NCBI GenBank assembly: GCA_900541185.1
Contig: UQIQ01000001.1
Coordinates: forward strand, 6,921-70,920
Direction of reading: 5' to 3'
Source of the DNA: an uncultured Collinsella sp.
GTDB taxonomy: Bacteria; Actinomycetota; Coriobacteriia; Coriobacteriales; Coriobacteriaceae
DNA length: 64,000 bases
Shown here: positions 45,476 to 55,240 of the stretch, one piece after another
Numbering within the stretch: the first letter of the stretch is position 1
How the letters are laid out: every line of letters begins with the position of its first letter
The notes under the pieces: model-generated
What the model was told of the DNA's origin: nothing
Databases searched by the model: none
What the model saw: the letters and a program-made list of their open reading frames with translations, nothing else
Translations under genes and position numbers: made by a program

Positions 45476-46519
45476 ATGGAAAAGCTCGATGTGGTGAATG
45501 CTGCGCTTGGCGCTCTGCGTGCTGGCGAGACGTGCGAGCTCGTGGTCGTGGCCGGTACGGCGGGGTCGTCACCGCGCGGTGTGGGCGCATGGATGACTGT
45601 CTTTGCCGACGGCAGCCAGGCGGGCACCATCGGCGGCGGCAAGATTGAGCTCTTTGCGCTGGACGAGGCGCGCGAGCTGCTGAGCGCGGGACAGTCGCGT
45701 CTGGTCCGCTACACCATGGGCGGCGAGAACTCCGATACCGGCATGATCTGCGGCGGAGCCATCTGCCTGTGCTACCTGCATCTGGATGCGACTCAGGCAT
45801 CGTTGTTCCAAGAAATTGCCGACGTCTTGGCCTATCGGCGCATCGGCGACTTCGTCATCGACTATGAGCCGTTTATCGCGAGCGCACTCGAGGGCGATGT
45901 GGCCGAGTACCATGGCGAGGCATCGCGCCACACCATTGCGGGCTGCCCCGGGCTTTCGCTGGTGGAGGAGGGGAGTAAGGTCACCTACACCAACGCCGCC
46001 TCCGAGATTCCCGCGGCTCACATCGAGACACTCTGCCCCGAGGGCCTGACCTATATCTTTGGCTGCGGACATGTGGGCGCCGCGACGGCGCGGGTGCTCA
46101 CGGGGGCGGGCTTTGCCGTCGTGGTTTGCGACGACCGCCCCGGCACGCTGACCCCCGAATGGGTGCCCGGTGTCTACGACCGTCGTCTGGTCGACTACAA
46201 GAACCTGAGCAAACAGTGCCCCATCGGCCCGCGCGACCTGGTGGTCGTCGCCACGGCGGGCCACAAGTCCGATATCGACGTGGTGATTCAGGCCATGCGC
46301 GCCAAGCCTGCCTACCTGGGCTGCCTGGGATCGCGCCGCAAGACGGCCTTTGTGCGTGCCCGCCTGGAGCAGGAGGGCTTTACGCAGGACCAGATCGGCG
46401 AGCTGCATCTGCCGATCGGCGTTGCCATCGAGGCCGAGGATCCCGAGGAGATCGCCATCTCCATCGCCGCCGAGATGATCCACCTGCGCCGCACCAAACT
46501 CGTCCCCCGCAAGCGCTAA
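45476..46519 (+). CDS. XdhC/CoxI family molybdenum hydroxylase maturation factor
   Basis: N-terminal XdhC_CoxI-like region plus a Rossmann domain (IFGCGHVGAATARVLTGAGFAVVVCDDRP). Confidence 0.8.
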   Translation: MEKLDVVNAALGALRAGETCELVVVAGTAGSSPRGVGAWMTVFADGSQAGTIGGGKIELFALDEARELLSAGQSRLVRYTMGGENSDTGMICGGAICLCYLHLDATQASLFQEIADVLAYRRIGDFVIDYEPFIASALEGDVAEYHGEASRHTIAGCPGLSLVEEGSKVTYTNAASEIPAAHIETLCPEGLTYIFGCGHVGAATARVLTGAGFAVVVCDDRPGTLTPEWVPGVYDRRLVDYKNLSKQCPIGPRDLVVVATAGHKSDIDVVIQAMRAKPAYLGCLGSRRKTAFVRARLEQEGFTQDQIGELHLPIGVAIEAEDPEEIAISIAAEMIHLRRTKLVPRKR

Positions 46520-46536
46520 TCGCATCCCCATATATG

Positions 46537-46610
46537 AGTTGCGGTGAAATACGGACTGTTTAAGCCTGTTAAGCCGTCAAACAGTCCCTATTTCACCGCA
46601 ACTGCTTTTT
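46537..46610 (+). terminator. 67-bp palindromic element, copy 2, followed by a T-run (terminator before rplE)
   Basis: Same arms as 43752-43819 (one mismatch) with a different loop, followed by GCTTTTT. Confidence 0.8.
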
Positions 46611-46664
46611 GGGATCCATTTGTGCGGGGGAGTTGTGGAGTTGTGCAGGCAGACGAGGTTTTTC

Positions 46665-46693
46665 TGGAAATACGCACCCAATGCGCGTATAGT
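46665..46693 (+). promoter_or_regulatory. Candidate promoter for rplE and downstream genes
   Basis: TGGAAA-17 nt-TATAGT, about 137 nt upstream of the rplE ATG and directly after a terminator. Confidence 0.4.
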
Positions 46694-46830
46694 ACCGATT
46701 GTTTTGTCGGCTCCTGCTGCGTCGAGTCCAAACCGCGAAATGCCATGAGTGGCGCGGATGCAGCCAGGAGGCACGAGGACAACCCATTGTGGCCACGCCC
46801 CGTGCTTAAAACCCCAAGAAGGAGTGAACA

Positions 46831-47388
46831 ATGGCAGAAGAGAAGTATGTGCCGCGTCTGAAGACCAAGTACAACAACGAGGTCAAGCAGCAGCTTCAGG
46901 ACAAGTTCCAGTACGAGAACGTCATGATGATCCCCAAGTTTGAGAAGATCGTCGTGAACATGGGTGTCGGCGAGGCCGCTACCGATTCCAAGGCCATCGA
47001 CGGTGCCGTGCGCGACCTGCGCGCCATCACCGGCCAGCAGCCGATGATCACCCGTGCCCGCAAGTCCATCGCTACCTTCCGCCTGCGCGCTGGTATGCCG
47101 ATCGGCTGCAAGGTTACCCTGCGTGGCGACCGTATGTGGGAGTTCTTCGATCGTCTGACCTCCGTCGCGATCCCCCGTATCCGCGACTTCCGCGGCATCT
47201 CCGCCAAGAGCTTCGACGGCCGTGGTAACTTCTCCATGGGCGTCACCGAGCAGCTCATCTTCCCCGAGATCGACTTCGACTCCGTCGATCACCAGCGCGG
47301 TATGGACATCACTTTCGTGACCACCGCCAATACCGATGAGGAGGCCAAGGCCCTTCTGGACGCCTTCGGTTTCCCGTTCAAGAAATAG
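46831..47388 (+). CDS. rplE: 50S ribosomal protein L5
   Basis: [11 protein letters not shown]...[20 protein letters not shown] is typical L5. AAGGAG RBS. Confidence 0.97.
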   Translation: MAEEKYVPRLKTKYNNEVKQQLQDKFQYENVMMIPKFEKIVVNMGVGEAATDSKAIDGAVRDLRAITGQQPMITRARKSIATFRLRAGMPIGCKVTLRGDRMWEFFDRLTSVAIPRIRDFRGISAKSFDGRGNFSMGVTEQLIFPEIDFDSVDHQRGMDITFVTTANTDEEAKALLDAFGFPFKK

Positions 47389-47467
47389 GTTCACCTGCCC
47401 TATAAGCGCCGTTCCCACAAGGGGGCGGCGCTTGGGGCGAACAATACTCTATGTGAGGAGGATATAA

Positions 47468-47653
47468 GTGGCTAAGACATCGATGATCGTCAAGTGCAAT
47501 CGCAAGCAGAAGTTCTCTACTCGTGAGTACACGCGCTGCCAGCGCTGCGGCCGTCCGCACTCTGTGTACCGCAAGTTCGGCCTGTGCCGTGTCTGCTTCC
47601 GCGAGCTTGCACTCAAGGGCGAGCTTCCCGGCGTTAAGAAGGCCAGCTGGTAA
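47468..47653 (+). CDS. rpsN: 30S ribosomal protein S14 type Z (zinc-binding)
   Basis: 61 aa; [23 protein letters not shown] CxxC...CxxC; GTG start. Confidence 0.95.
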   Translation: MAKTSMIVKCNRKQKFSTREYTRCQRCGRPHSVYRKFGLCRVCFRELALKGELPGVKKASW

Positions 47654-47772
47654 GTCACTACCAGCGTTTCAAGCATCAGTTTGGAACAGGGAAAACGCGC
47701 TAAAAAGGCTTTGCCGTTAAGGGCGGCGAAGAACCAAGAGCACGTGTTCATCAAGAACGAAGGAGAATCTGT

Positions 47773-48171
47773 ATGAACCTTACAGACCCGATCGCAGATA
47801 TGCTTACGCGCATCCGTAACGCTAACTCTGTGAACAAGGCCACGGTCTCCATGCCGAGCAGCAAGAAGCTCGTCGAGATCGCTCGTGTTCTGCACGAGGA
47901 GGGCTACATCGAGGGCTACGATGTCGAGGACACCGTTCCCCAGAAGACTCTGCACATCACGCTTAAGTATGGTCCCAAGAAGGCTAAGGTCATCAACGGC
48001 ATCCGCCGCATTTCCAAGCCGGGCCTGCGTAAGTACACCGGCGTTGCCGATATGCCCCGCGTCCGCGGTGGCCTTGGTACCGCCATTATTTCCACCAGCC
48101 ATGGCGTCATGACCGACCGCGATGCTCGCAAGCACAACGTCGGCGGCGAGATCATCGCTTACGTCTGGTAA
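47773..48171 (+). CDS. rpsH: 30S ribosomal protein S8
   Basis: [18 protein letters not shown]-terminus. Confidence 0.97.
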   Translation: MNLTDPIADMLTRIRNANSVNKATVSMPSSKKLVEIARVLHEEGYIEGYDVEDTVPQKTLHITLKYGPKKAKVINGIRRISKPGLRKYTGVADMPRVRGGLGTAIISTSHGVMTDRDARKHNVGGEIIAYVW

Positions 48172-48204
48172 TTCGCTCGGTAGGTAGAAGGAAAGGAGAT
48201 CACC

Positions 48205-48741
48205 GTGTCTCGTATCGGTAATAAGCCTGTCCAGATTCCCGCCGGAGTCGAAGTGGCAGTCAACGGCAACAACGTTGTCGTCAAGGGCCCCAAGGGCCAG
48301 CTCGAGCTCGATGTCTTTGAGAAGCTCGCTATCAACGTCGAGGACAACGTCCTCACCGTTTCCCGTCCCGACGACGAGCGTGAGACCCGTGCCCGCCACG
48401 GCCTCACCCGCGCCCTCATCCACAACATGGTTGTTGGCGTTTCCGAGGGCTTCGAGAAGAAGCTCGAGCTCGCCGGCGTCGGTTACCGCGTGCAGCAGAA
48501 GGGCAAGAACCTCGAGTTCTCCCTGGGCTTCTCGCACCCCGTGATCGTCGAGGCTCCCGAGGGCATCACCTTCGAGGTTCCCGACAACACCCACGTGAAC
48601 GTCAAGGGTATCAACAAGCAGCAGGTCGGTCAGATCGCCGCTGAGATCCGCGGCCATCGTCCTCCCGAGCCTTACAAGGGCAAGGGTATCCACTACGTTG
48701 GCGAGCACATCCGCCGCAAGCTGGGTAAGGCCGCCAAGTAG
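48205..48741 (+). CDS. rplF: 50S ribosomal protein L6
   Basis: [18 protein letters not shown]-terminus; GTG start. Confidence 0.97.
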   Translation: MSRIGNKPVQIPAGVEVAVNGNNVVVKGPKGQLELDVFEKLAINVEDNVLTVSRPDDERETRARHGLTRALIHNMVVGVSEGFEKKLELAGVGYRVQQKGKNLEFSLGFSHPVIVEAPEGITFEVPDNTHVNVKGINKQQVGQIAAEIRGHRPPEPYKGKGIHYVGEHIRRKLGKAAK

Positions 48742-48816
48742 TCGTAACCGACTCACTCGCATAAGACCAGCACCCCGTCAGGTGCTGGCAAGATCAACCT
48801 TTTTAGGAGTTTACGT

Positions 48817-49185
48817 ATGAACAAGCATAAGGCGAAGCTGGAAGGCCTCAAGCGTCGTCAGCGTCGTGTTCGCGGCAAGGTCTCGGGTACCTCCGAGCGT
48901 CCGCGTCTTCGCGTGACCCGTACTAACGCCAACATCTATGCCCAGATCATCGACGACAGCAAGGGCTCCAGCCTGACGCTCGTCTCTGCCTCGACCCTCG
49001 AGGCCGAGTTCAAGGGCACCCACACCTCGAACAAGGAGGCTGCGGAGAAGGTCGGTCAGCTCGTTGGCAAGCGCGCCATCGAGGCCGGCATCACCAAGGT
49101 CGCCTTCGATCGCGGTGGCCGTATCTACCATGGCCGCGTCAAGGCCCTCGCCGACGGTGCTCGTGCCGCCGGTCTCGAGTTCTAG
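48817..49185 (+). CDS. rplR: 50S ribosomal protein L18
   Basis: [20 protein letters not shown] motif. Confidence 0.96.
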   Translation: MNKHKAKLEGLKRRQRRVRGKVSGTSERPRLRVTRTNANIYAQIIDDSKGSSLTLVSASTLEAEFKGTHTSNKEAAEKVGQLVGKRAIEAGITKVAFDRGGRIYHGRVKALADGARAAGLEF

Positions 49186-49199
49186 GAGGTATGTAGCAC

Positions 49200-49724
49200 A
49201 TGGCTCGTAATCAGAAGCAGCAGCGCGAGGCCTCCGAGTTCGAGGAGCGCGTCGTTTACATCAACCGCGTGTCGAAGACCGTCAAGGGTGGTCGTCGCAT
49301 GAGCCTCGTCGCTCTCGTCGTCGTTGGCGACGGCAAGGGCAACGTCGGCGTTGGCATGGGCAAGTCCGCTGAGGTGCCCATGGCCATCTCCAAGGCATCT
49401 CTCGATGCCAAGAAGAACATGTTCCACGTGCCGGTGACCGAGCAGGGCACCATCCCGCACGAGGTTCTCGGCCACTTTGGTGCCGGCCGCATCATCATCA
49501 AGCCCGCTGTCGAGGGTACCGGCGTTATCGCCGGCGGCGCTGTGCGTCCCCTCTTTGAGCTTGCTGGCATCAAGAACGTCCTGTCCAAGTCCCTCGGTAC
49601 CGACAACGGCCTCAACATCATCAAGGCTGCCGTCGAGGGCCTCAAGGAGCTCTCCAGCCCTGAGGACGTCGCGGCTCGCCGTGGCCTGACGGTCTCCGAG
49701 ATGTTCGTCGGTAAGGAGAACTAA
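49200..49724 (+). CDS. rpsE: 30S ribosomal protein S5
   Basis: [18 protein letters not shown] motif. Confidence 0.97.
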   Translation: MARNQKQQREASEFEERVVYINRVSKTVKGGRRMSLVALVVVGDGKGNVGVGMGKSAEVPMAISKASLDAKKNMFHVPVTEQGTIPHEVLGHFGAGRIIIKPAVEGTGVIAGGAVRPLFELAGIKNVLSKSLGTDNGLNIIKAAVEGLKELSSPEDVAARRGLTVSEMFVGKEN

Positions 49725-49726
49725 GC

Positions 49727-49909
49727 ATGGCTGACACCATCAAGATCAAGCAGGTCCGCAGCACCAACGGTTGCAAGCAGGACCAGGTCCGTACTGTCCG
49801 TGCCCTCGGTCTCCACAGGATCCGCGAGGTTCGCGAGATTGCTGACAACGAGTCCGTCCGCGGCATGATCTTCAAGGTCAAGCACCTTGTCGAGATTGTA
49901 GAGGAGTAG
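49727..49909 (+). CDS. rpmD: 50S ribosomal protein L30
   Basis: IKIKQVRS...TVRALGLHRI motif. Confidence 0.95.
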   Translation: MADTIKIKQVRSTNGCKQDQVRTVRALGLHRIREVREIADNESVRGMIFKVKHLVEIVEE

Positions 49910-49912
49910 CAA

Positions 49913-50362
49913 ATGCAGCTTCACGATCTTACTCCCGCGCCCGGTTCCACCAAGAACCGCAAGCGCGTCGGCCGTGGCAATTCTTCGGGTCACGGCACCA
50001 CTTCTGGCCGCGGTCAGAAGGGCCAGGGTTCCCGCTCTGGCGGCACCAAGGGTGCCGGCTTCGAGGGTGGCCAGACTCCGCTGGCTATGCGCCTGCCCAA
50101 GCTTCCGGGCTTCCGTAACCCCCGTCGTATCGAGTACACCGCTGTTAACGTTGAGCGTCTCGAGCGTAAGTTCGAGGACGGCGCTGTGATCGACGGTGCC
50201 GCTCTTAAGGCCGCTCGCATCACCAAGAGCGAGTTCGAGCCCGTCAAGGTGCTCGGCAATGGTGAGCTCACCAAGAAGTTCACGGTCAAGGTCGACAAGG
50301 TCAGCGCTTCTGCGCAGGCCAAGATCGAGGCCGCCGGCGGAAAGGTCGAGCTGCCGTGCTAA
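49913..50362 (+). CDS. rplO: 50S ribosomal protein L15
   Basis: [20 protein letters not shown]...GRGQKGQ motif. Confidence 0.96.
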   Translation: MQLHDLTPAPGSTKNRKRVGRGNSSGHGTTSGRGQKGQGSRSGGTKGAGFEGGQTPLAMRLPKLPGFRNPRRIEYTAVNVERLERKFEDGAVIDGAALKAARITKSEFEPVKVLGNGELTKKFTVKVDKVSASAQAKIEAAGGKVELPC

Positions 50363-51642
50363 ATGGTCTTAAGAATGCTTTCCGCATCAAAGAATTGCGC
50401 GAAAAGATTCTTTTTACCATAGCTATGCTCGTCGTGTACCGCATTGGTGCGCACGTTCCTGTGCCCGGCATTCCCTTCCAGGGGATGCTGGGCCTTTTCT
50501 CGACCGATAACAATTCGGTCGCCGCAGGTGCTATGGCCCTCCTGAATCTTTTCTCTGGCGGCGCGTTGAGCTATGTGTCGGTGTTTTCGCTGGGCATCAT
50601 GCCTTACATCACCAGCTCGATCATCCTCCAGATGCTCCAGGCCGTTGTGCCTTCCCTGCATGAGCTTGCCCGCGAGGGCGAGGTCGGTCAGACCAAGATT
50701 ACGCAGTATTCGCGTTACCTCACCCTTGCTCTGGCAATCCTCAACTCCGTGGGTTACCTCTTCCTCTTTAAGAGCTTCGGCATCAGCTTCAATGGCGCCG
50801 GCGCTCCCGAGATCATCTTCGACCTCATGATCGTCGGCACGCTCACTGCGGGCGCCATGCTGATCATGTGGATTGGTGAGCTCATCACCCAGCGCGGTAT
50901 CGGCAATGGCATGTCGCTGATCATCTTTGCGAACATCATGGCCGGTCTGCCGCAGGCTATCTTCTCCAGCACCGAGGGCAATGCCGGTGGCATCATCACC
51001 ATGGTGATCATCTGCGCCATCATCCTGCTGGTTATCCCGCTGATTGTTTTCCTTGAGCGCGGCCAGCGCCGCATCCCGGTCTCCTACGCTAAGCGCGTCG
51101 TGGGCCGTCGCATGATGGGTGGTCAGACCACCTACCTGCCCATCAAGGTCAACACCGCGGGTGTCGTGCCAATCATCTTCGCTTCGGCGCTGCTGTACTT
51201 CCCGGCTCAGATTGCCGTGTTCTTCCCCGGCATCGGCTGGATTCAGGCAGTTGCCTCTGCGCTTTCGCGCGGCTGGCTCAACTGGGTGCTTAACGTTGTC
51301 CTCATCGTGTTTTTCGCGTACTTCTACACCTCCATGGTGTTCAACCCCGATGACACGGCCGACAACCTTAAGAAGCAGGGCGGCTTTATTCCGGGCGTGC
51401 GTCCGGGTAGGGCTACCGCGGCCTACATCAAGAACGCGCTCAACAAGATTACGCTTCCCAGCGCTGTCTTTTTGGCGCTCATCGCCATCGTGCCTTCGAT
51501 CATCTTCTCCTTTACGGGTAACCAGCTGATCCAGGCATTTGGCGGCACGTCCATCCTCATCATGGTCGGCGTCGTGCTCGACACGGTCGATAAGCTCGAA
51601 GGCCAGATCAAGATGTATGATTACGATGGATTCTTTAAATAG
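50356..51642 (+). CDS. secY: Preprotein translocase subunit SecY
   Basis: 10-TM protein. [26 protein letters not shown] motif. GTG start overlaps the rplO stop. Confidence 0.96.
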   Translation: MLNGLKNAFRIKELREKILFTIAMLVVYRIGAHVPVPGIPFQGMLGLFSTDNNSVAAGAMALLNLFSGGALSYVSVFSLGIMPYITSSIILQMLQAVVPSLHELAREGEVGQTKITQYSRYLTLALAILNSVGYLFLFKSFGISFNGAGAPEIIFDLMIVGTLTAGAMLIMWIGELITQRGIGNGMSLIIFANIMAGLPQAIFSSTEGNAGGIITMVIICAIILLVIPLIVFLERGQRRIPVSYAKRVVGRRMMGGQTTYLPIKVNTAGVVPIIFASALLYFPAQIAVFFPGIGWIQAVASALSRGWLNWVLNVVLIVFFAYFYTSMVFNPDDTADNLKKQGGFIPGVRPGRATAAYIKNALNKITLPSAVFLALIAIVPSIIFSFTGNQLIQAFGGTSILIMVGVVLDTVDKLEGQIKMYDYDGFFK

Positions 51643-51660
51643 GCTAGAGGAGGATTGCTC

Positions 51661-52287
51661 ATGAACCTCGTATTGCTCGGAGCTCCGGGTGCCGGTAAGG
51701 GTACCGTCGCACAGGAGCTCGTCGCCGAGTTTGGCGTCGCTCACATTTCCACGGGCGACCTGCTGCGTGCTGCCGTCAAGGGTGGCACCGAGCTTGGTAT
51801 TCAGGCTAAGAAGTACATGGACGCTGGCGAGCTCGTTCCCGATCAGCTCGTGATCGACCTTGTCAAGGAGCGCCTTGCCGCCGATGACGCCCAGCAGGGC
51901 TTCATCCTCGACGGCTTCCCGCGCAACACCGCCCAGGCCGTGACGCTCGATTCCGAGCTCTCCGCCATGGGTCGCGAGATCGACTGCGCCCTTCTGGTCG
52001 ATGTGGCCCCCGAGGTCATTATCGATCGTCTGTCTTCGCGTCGCACCTGCCGCGCCTGCGGTTACACCGGCACCGCTGCCGATGCTACCTGCCCCAAGTG
52101 TGGCGGCGAGATGTATCAGCGCGACGACGACAAGCCCGAGACCATCAAGAACCGTCTCGACGTCTACGAGAAGTCCACGAGCCCGCTCGTCGACTACTAT
52201 CGTGGCCAGGGTCTGCTCAAGTCGGTCAACGGTGACCAGGCTCGCGAGACCGTGTACGGGGATGTCAAAGAGGCTCTCGGTCTATGA
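51661..52287 (+). CDS. adk: Adenylate kinase (zinc-lid type)
   Basis: LLGAPGAGKGT P-loop and a CRACG...CPKCG lid. AGAGGAGGA RBS 6 nt upstream. Confidence 0.96.
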   Translation: MNLVLLGAPGAGKGTVAQELVAEFGVAHISTGDLLRAAVKGGTELGIQAKKYMDAGELVPDQLVIDLVKERLAADDAQQGFILDGFPRNTAQAVTLDSELSAMGREIDCALLVDVAPEVIIDRLSSRRTCRACGYTGTAADATCPKCGGEMYQRDDDKPETIKNRLDVYEKSTSPLVDYYRGQGLLKSVNGDQARETVYGDVKEALGL

Positions 52288-53072
52288 TCAAGATTAAGTC
52301 TGCAACGCAAATCGAGCAGATGAAGAAGGCAGGAGCGCTATCTAAGATGGCGCTCCGCCACGTTGGAGCCATGGTGCGCCCCGGCGTTTCGACTTTTGAG
52401 CTCGATCAGCTCGCGGAGCAGATTATCCGCATGCATGGTGGCATCCCAGCCTTTAAGGGTTACGGCGGGTTTCCCGGAACCATTTGCGCATCGATTAACG
52501 ATGCCGTGGTACACGGTATTCCCAACCCCGACATGATCCTGCGCGATGGCGATATCATCTCCATCGATACGGGAGCCGTTGTCGACGGTTGGGTCGGCGA
52601 TAACGCTTGGACGTTTTTCGTCGGCACCCCCACGCCCGAAGCCAAGGCTTTGTGCGAGATCACGCGCGATTGCCTTAAGGCTGCCATCGAGCAGGCTGTT
52701 CCCGGTAACCATATCGGGGACGTCGGTTATGCCGTTCAGTCCCTCGCCGAGTCTCACGGTTACGGCGTGCTTCGCGATTATGTGGGCCATGGCATTGGCC
52801 GCGTGATGCACGAGGACCCCAACGTTCCTAACTATGGAAAGAAGGGGAGGGGCGTTCGCCTCCAGGCCGGCATGGTCATTGCCATCGAGCCGATGGTTAC
52901 GATGGGTTCCAACCATGTGAGCACGGGCTCCGACGGTTGGATCGTCACGACCAACGACCACCTGCCCGCCGCGCACTACGAGAACACCGTCGCCATTACC
53001 AATGACGGCCCGGTGATTCTCACCACGGATGCGCAAGGTGCTTGGTGTTCGCTCCAAGGCGGAGAAATGTAA
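52284..53072 (+). CDS. map: Type I methionine aminopeptidase
   Basis: VVHGIPN, DISIDTGA, GHGIG and IEPM metal-ligand motifs. Start overlaps the adk stop. Confidence 0.95.
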   Translation: MIKIKSATQIEQMKKAGALSKMALRHVGAMVRPGVSTFELDQLAEQIIRMHGGIPAFKGYGGFPGTICASINDAVVHGIPNPDMILRDGDIISIDTGAVVDGWVGDNAWTFFVGTPTPEAKALCEITRDCLKAAIEQAVPGNHIGDVGYAVQSLAESHGYGVLRDYVGHGIGRVMHEDPNVPNYGKKGRGVRLQAGMVIAIEPMVTMGSNHVSTGSDGWIVTTNDHLPAAHYENTVAITNDGPVILTTDAQGAWCSLQGGEM

Positions 53073-53236
53073 AAGTCGCCGCCCCCTGATGCCCAACCTC
53101 GCCTTTCAATTTCGAAGGCATGACCCCAAGGTCTATGCCTTCTCATTTCAAGGCGATCTTGGGCATCAGGGAACGGCTTTGTTTTACATTTCAAATGTAA
53201 CAAGTTCCACTTAGTTGTGGAGCCATTACGAAGTTA

Positions 53237-53265
53237 TTACGATGCGTATATACGTGTTGTAGAAT
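53237..53265 (+). promoter_or_regulatory. Candidate promoter for infA-rpmJ-rpsM and downstream genes
   Basis: TTACGA-17 nt-TAGAAT in the 230-bp map-infA spacer. Confidence 0.4.
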
Positions 53266-53304
53266 ACTCAATCGCTGTCGTTTTCTAGAGAAAGATGATT
53301 GCTT

Positions 53305-53523
53305 GTGAAGAAGGAAGACGCAATTGAGCTCGAGGGTACGGTAAAAGAGCCGCTGCCCAACGCCATGTTTAAGGTCGAGCTCGAGAACGGTCATTCGGTT
53401 CTGTGCAACATTTCTGGCAAGATCCGAATGAATTACATCCGCATTCTCCCCGGTGACAGGGTTGTCGTGGAGCTTTCCCCGTACGACCTGACCCGCGGCC
53501 GCATCACCTATCGCTATAAATAG
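53305..53523 (+). CDS. infA: Translation initiation factor IF-1
   Basis: [28 protein letters not shown]...[18 protein letters not shown] at 53305; an alternative TTG lies at 53299. Confidence 0.93.
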   Translation: MKKEDAIELEGTVKEPLPNAMFKVELENGHSVLCNISGKIRMNYIRILPGDRVVVELSPYDLTRGRITYRYK

Positions 53524-53670
53524 CGGCACGCATACACGCTCTTTTCCGACTGCAGGCTTAGCTCAACCTACGGTCGGTTTGCGTGTGAAGACCAGCCATA
53601 GTTTTAAACGCCTGCGGCTGGGCGAGTAGATAGTAGGGAAGTAGTTTGAGCGCTACCGAAAGGAAGAACG

Positions 53671-53784
53671 ATGAAGGTACGTCCTTCGGTCAAGAAGATG
53701 TGCGATAAGTGCAAAATCATTAGGCGCCATGGCAAGGTCCTCGTCATTTGCGAGAACCCCCGTCATAAGCAGCGTCAGGGTTAA
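53671..53784 (+). CDS. rpmJ: 50S ribosomal protein L36 (zinc form)
   Basis: Translated by hand because it is below the track's size cutoff: [48 protein letters not shown]. Confidence 0.95.
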   Translation: MKVRPSVKKMCDKCKIIRRHGKVLVICENPRHKQRQG

Positions 53785-53798
53785 GAGAGGAGACTACG

Positions 53799-54173
53799 TT
53801 GGCCCGTATTAATGGTGTCGACCTCCCGCGTGAGAAGCGCGTTGAGATCGGTCTGACCTACATTTACGGCATCGGCCGCACCACTGCGACGAAGATTTGC
53901 GTCGAGTGCAACGTTAACGTGGATACGCGCGTTAAGGACCTCACCGAGGATGAGGTTAACGCCATCCGCGATTATATCGATAAGAACCAGATCATGGTTG
54001 AGGGCGACCTCCGCCGTGAGCGCAACCAGAACGTCAAGCGCCTTATGGACATCGGCTGCAACCGCGGCCTTCGTCACCGCAAGGGCCTCCCGGTCCGCGG
54101 CCAGCGCACCCACACTAACGCTCGTACCCGCAAGGGCCCGAAGCGTCAGATCGGTGCTAAGAAGAAGAAATAA
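53799..54173 (+). CDS. rpsM: 30S ribosomal protein S13
   Basis: [27 protein letters not shown]-terminus; TTG start with a GAGAGGAG RBS. Confidence 0.96.
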   Translation: MARINGVDLPREKRVEIGLTYIYGIGRTTATKICVECNVNVDTRVKDLTEDEVNAIRDYIDKNQIMVEGDLRRERNQNVKRLMDIGCNRGLRHRKGLPVRGQRTHTNARTRKGPKRQIGAKKKK

Positions 54174-54187
54174 GGAGCGCTAGATAG

Positions 54188-54592
54188 ATGGCTACTGCTA
54201 AGAAGAACGTTCGCGCTGCCCGTCTGAAGCGCGCGGACCGTAAGAACATTTCCGTGGGCCAGGCTCACATTCGTTCTACGTTCAACAACACGATCGTTTC
54301 GATCACCGATCCCCAGGGCAACGTCATTTCCTGGAAGTCGGCTGGCCAGGTGGGCTTCAAGGGCTCCCGTAAGTCCACGCCGTTCGCTGCCCAGATGGCT
54401 GCCGAGGCTGCTGCCAAGCAGGCCATGGAGCACGGTATGAAGAAGGTTTCCGTCTTCGTCAAGGGCCCCGGCTCCGGTCGTGAGACCGCCATCCGCTCCC
54501 TCCAGGCTGCTGGCCTCGAGGTCTCGAGCATCCAGGACAAGACCCCCATTCCGCACAACGGCTGCCGCCCCAAGAAGCGTCGCCGCGTGTAA
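54188..54592 (+). CDS. rpsK: 30S ribosomal protein S11
   Basis: [18 protein letters not shown] motif. Confidence 0.97.
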   Translation: MATAKKNVRAARLKRADRKNISVGQAHIRSTFNNTIVSITDPQGNVISWKSAGQVGFKGSRKSTPFAAQMAAEAAAKQAMEHGMKKVSVFVKGPGSGRETAIRSLQAAGLEVSSIQDKTPIPHNGCRPKKRRRV

Positions 54593-54611
54593 CTGAAAGG
54601 ATCGTATCAAT

Positions 54612-55208
54612 ATGGCAATCGACAGGACTCCTGTTCTTAAGCGCTGCCGTCAGCTCGGGATCGATCCCGCTGAGCTCGGTTACAGCAGCAAGAAGGAATC
54701 TATCCGTCAGCCCAAGCGCCGTCGCAAGGAATCTGAGTACGGCATGCAGCTGCGCGAGAAGCAGAAGGTCAAGTTCATCTATGGCGTTCTGGAGAAGCAG
54801 TTCCACGGCTACTTCAACAAGGCCCGCAAGATGAACGGCGTCACCGGTGAGAACCTCATGATCATCCTTGAGTCTCGCCTCGACAACGTCGTCTTCCGTC
54901 TTGGCTTCGCCCGCACCCGCAAAGAGGCTCGTCAGTCCGTCCGTCACGGTCACTTCACCGTGAACGGCAAGCGCGTGGACATCCCGTCCTACCGCGTCAA
55001 GGCCGGCGACGTCGTCGCTGTCGGCGAGAAGTTCCGTGACCTCCTCCCCATCAAGGAGGCCCTGATTTCCTCCGAGCGCTTTGAGGTCCCTGGCTGGCTC
55101 GAGGTCGATATCGAGAAGCTGTCTGGTAACGTGCTCGCTCTGCCGACGCGTGAGCAGATCAGCGGTGATATCAACGAGCAGCTCATCGTCGAGCTCTACT
55201 CTAAGTAG
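54612..55208 (+). CDS. rpsD: 30S ribosomal protein S4
   Basis: YGMQLREKQKVKFIYGVLEKQF and an S4 RNA-binding domain. Confidence 0.96.
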   Translation: MAIDRTPVLKRCRQLGIDPAELGYSSKKESIRQPKRRRKESEYGMQLREKQKVKFIYGVLEKQFHGYFNKARKMNGVTGENLMIILESRLDNVVFRLGFARTRKEARQSVRHGHFTVNGKRVDIPSYRVKAGDVVAVGEKFRDLLPIKEALISSERFEVPGWLEVDIEKLSGNVLALPTREQISGDINEQLIVELYSK

Positions 55209-55240
55209 TCCATCCGGGCTGCTGAGGCTGGAGGTAATAC

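Noticed and set aside
15652-46519. In-frame TGA selenocysteine codons / SECIS elements in the selenium-associated cluster.
   Set aside because: All cluster genes are intact single ORFs of the expected length with no split at a TGA. The YqeB/YqeC association concerns a labile Se cofactor rather than Sec incorporation.
9406-46830. Prophage, ICE or genomic island explanation for the 37-kb block.
   Set aside because: I found no integrase, recombinase, transposase, phage structural, conjugation or tRNA genes and no flanking direct repeats. The content is mostly metabolic or housekeeping, with composition similar to the flanks by eye.
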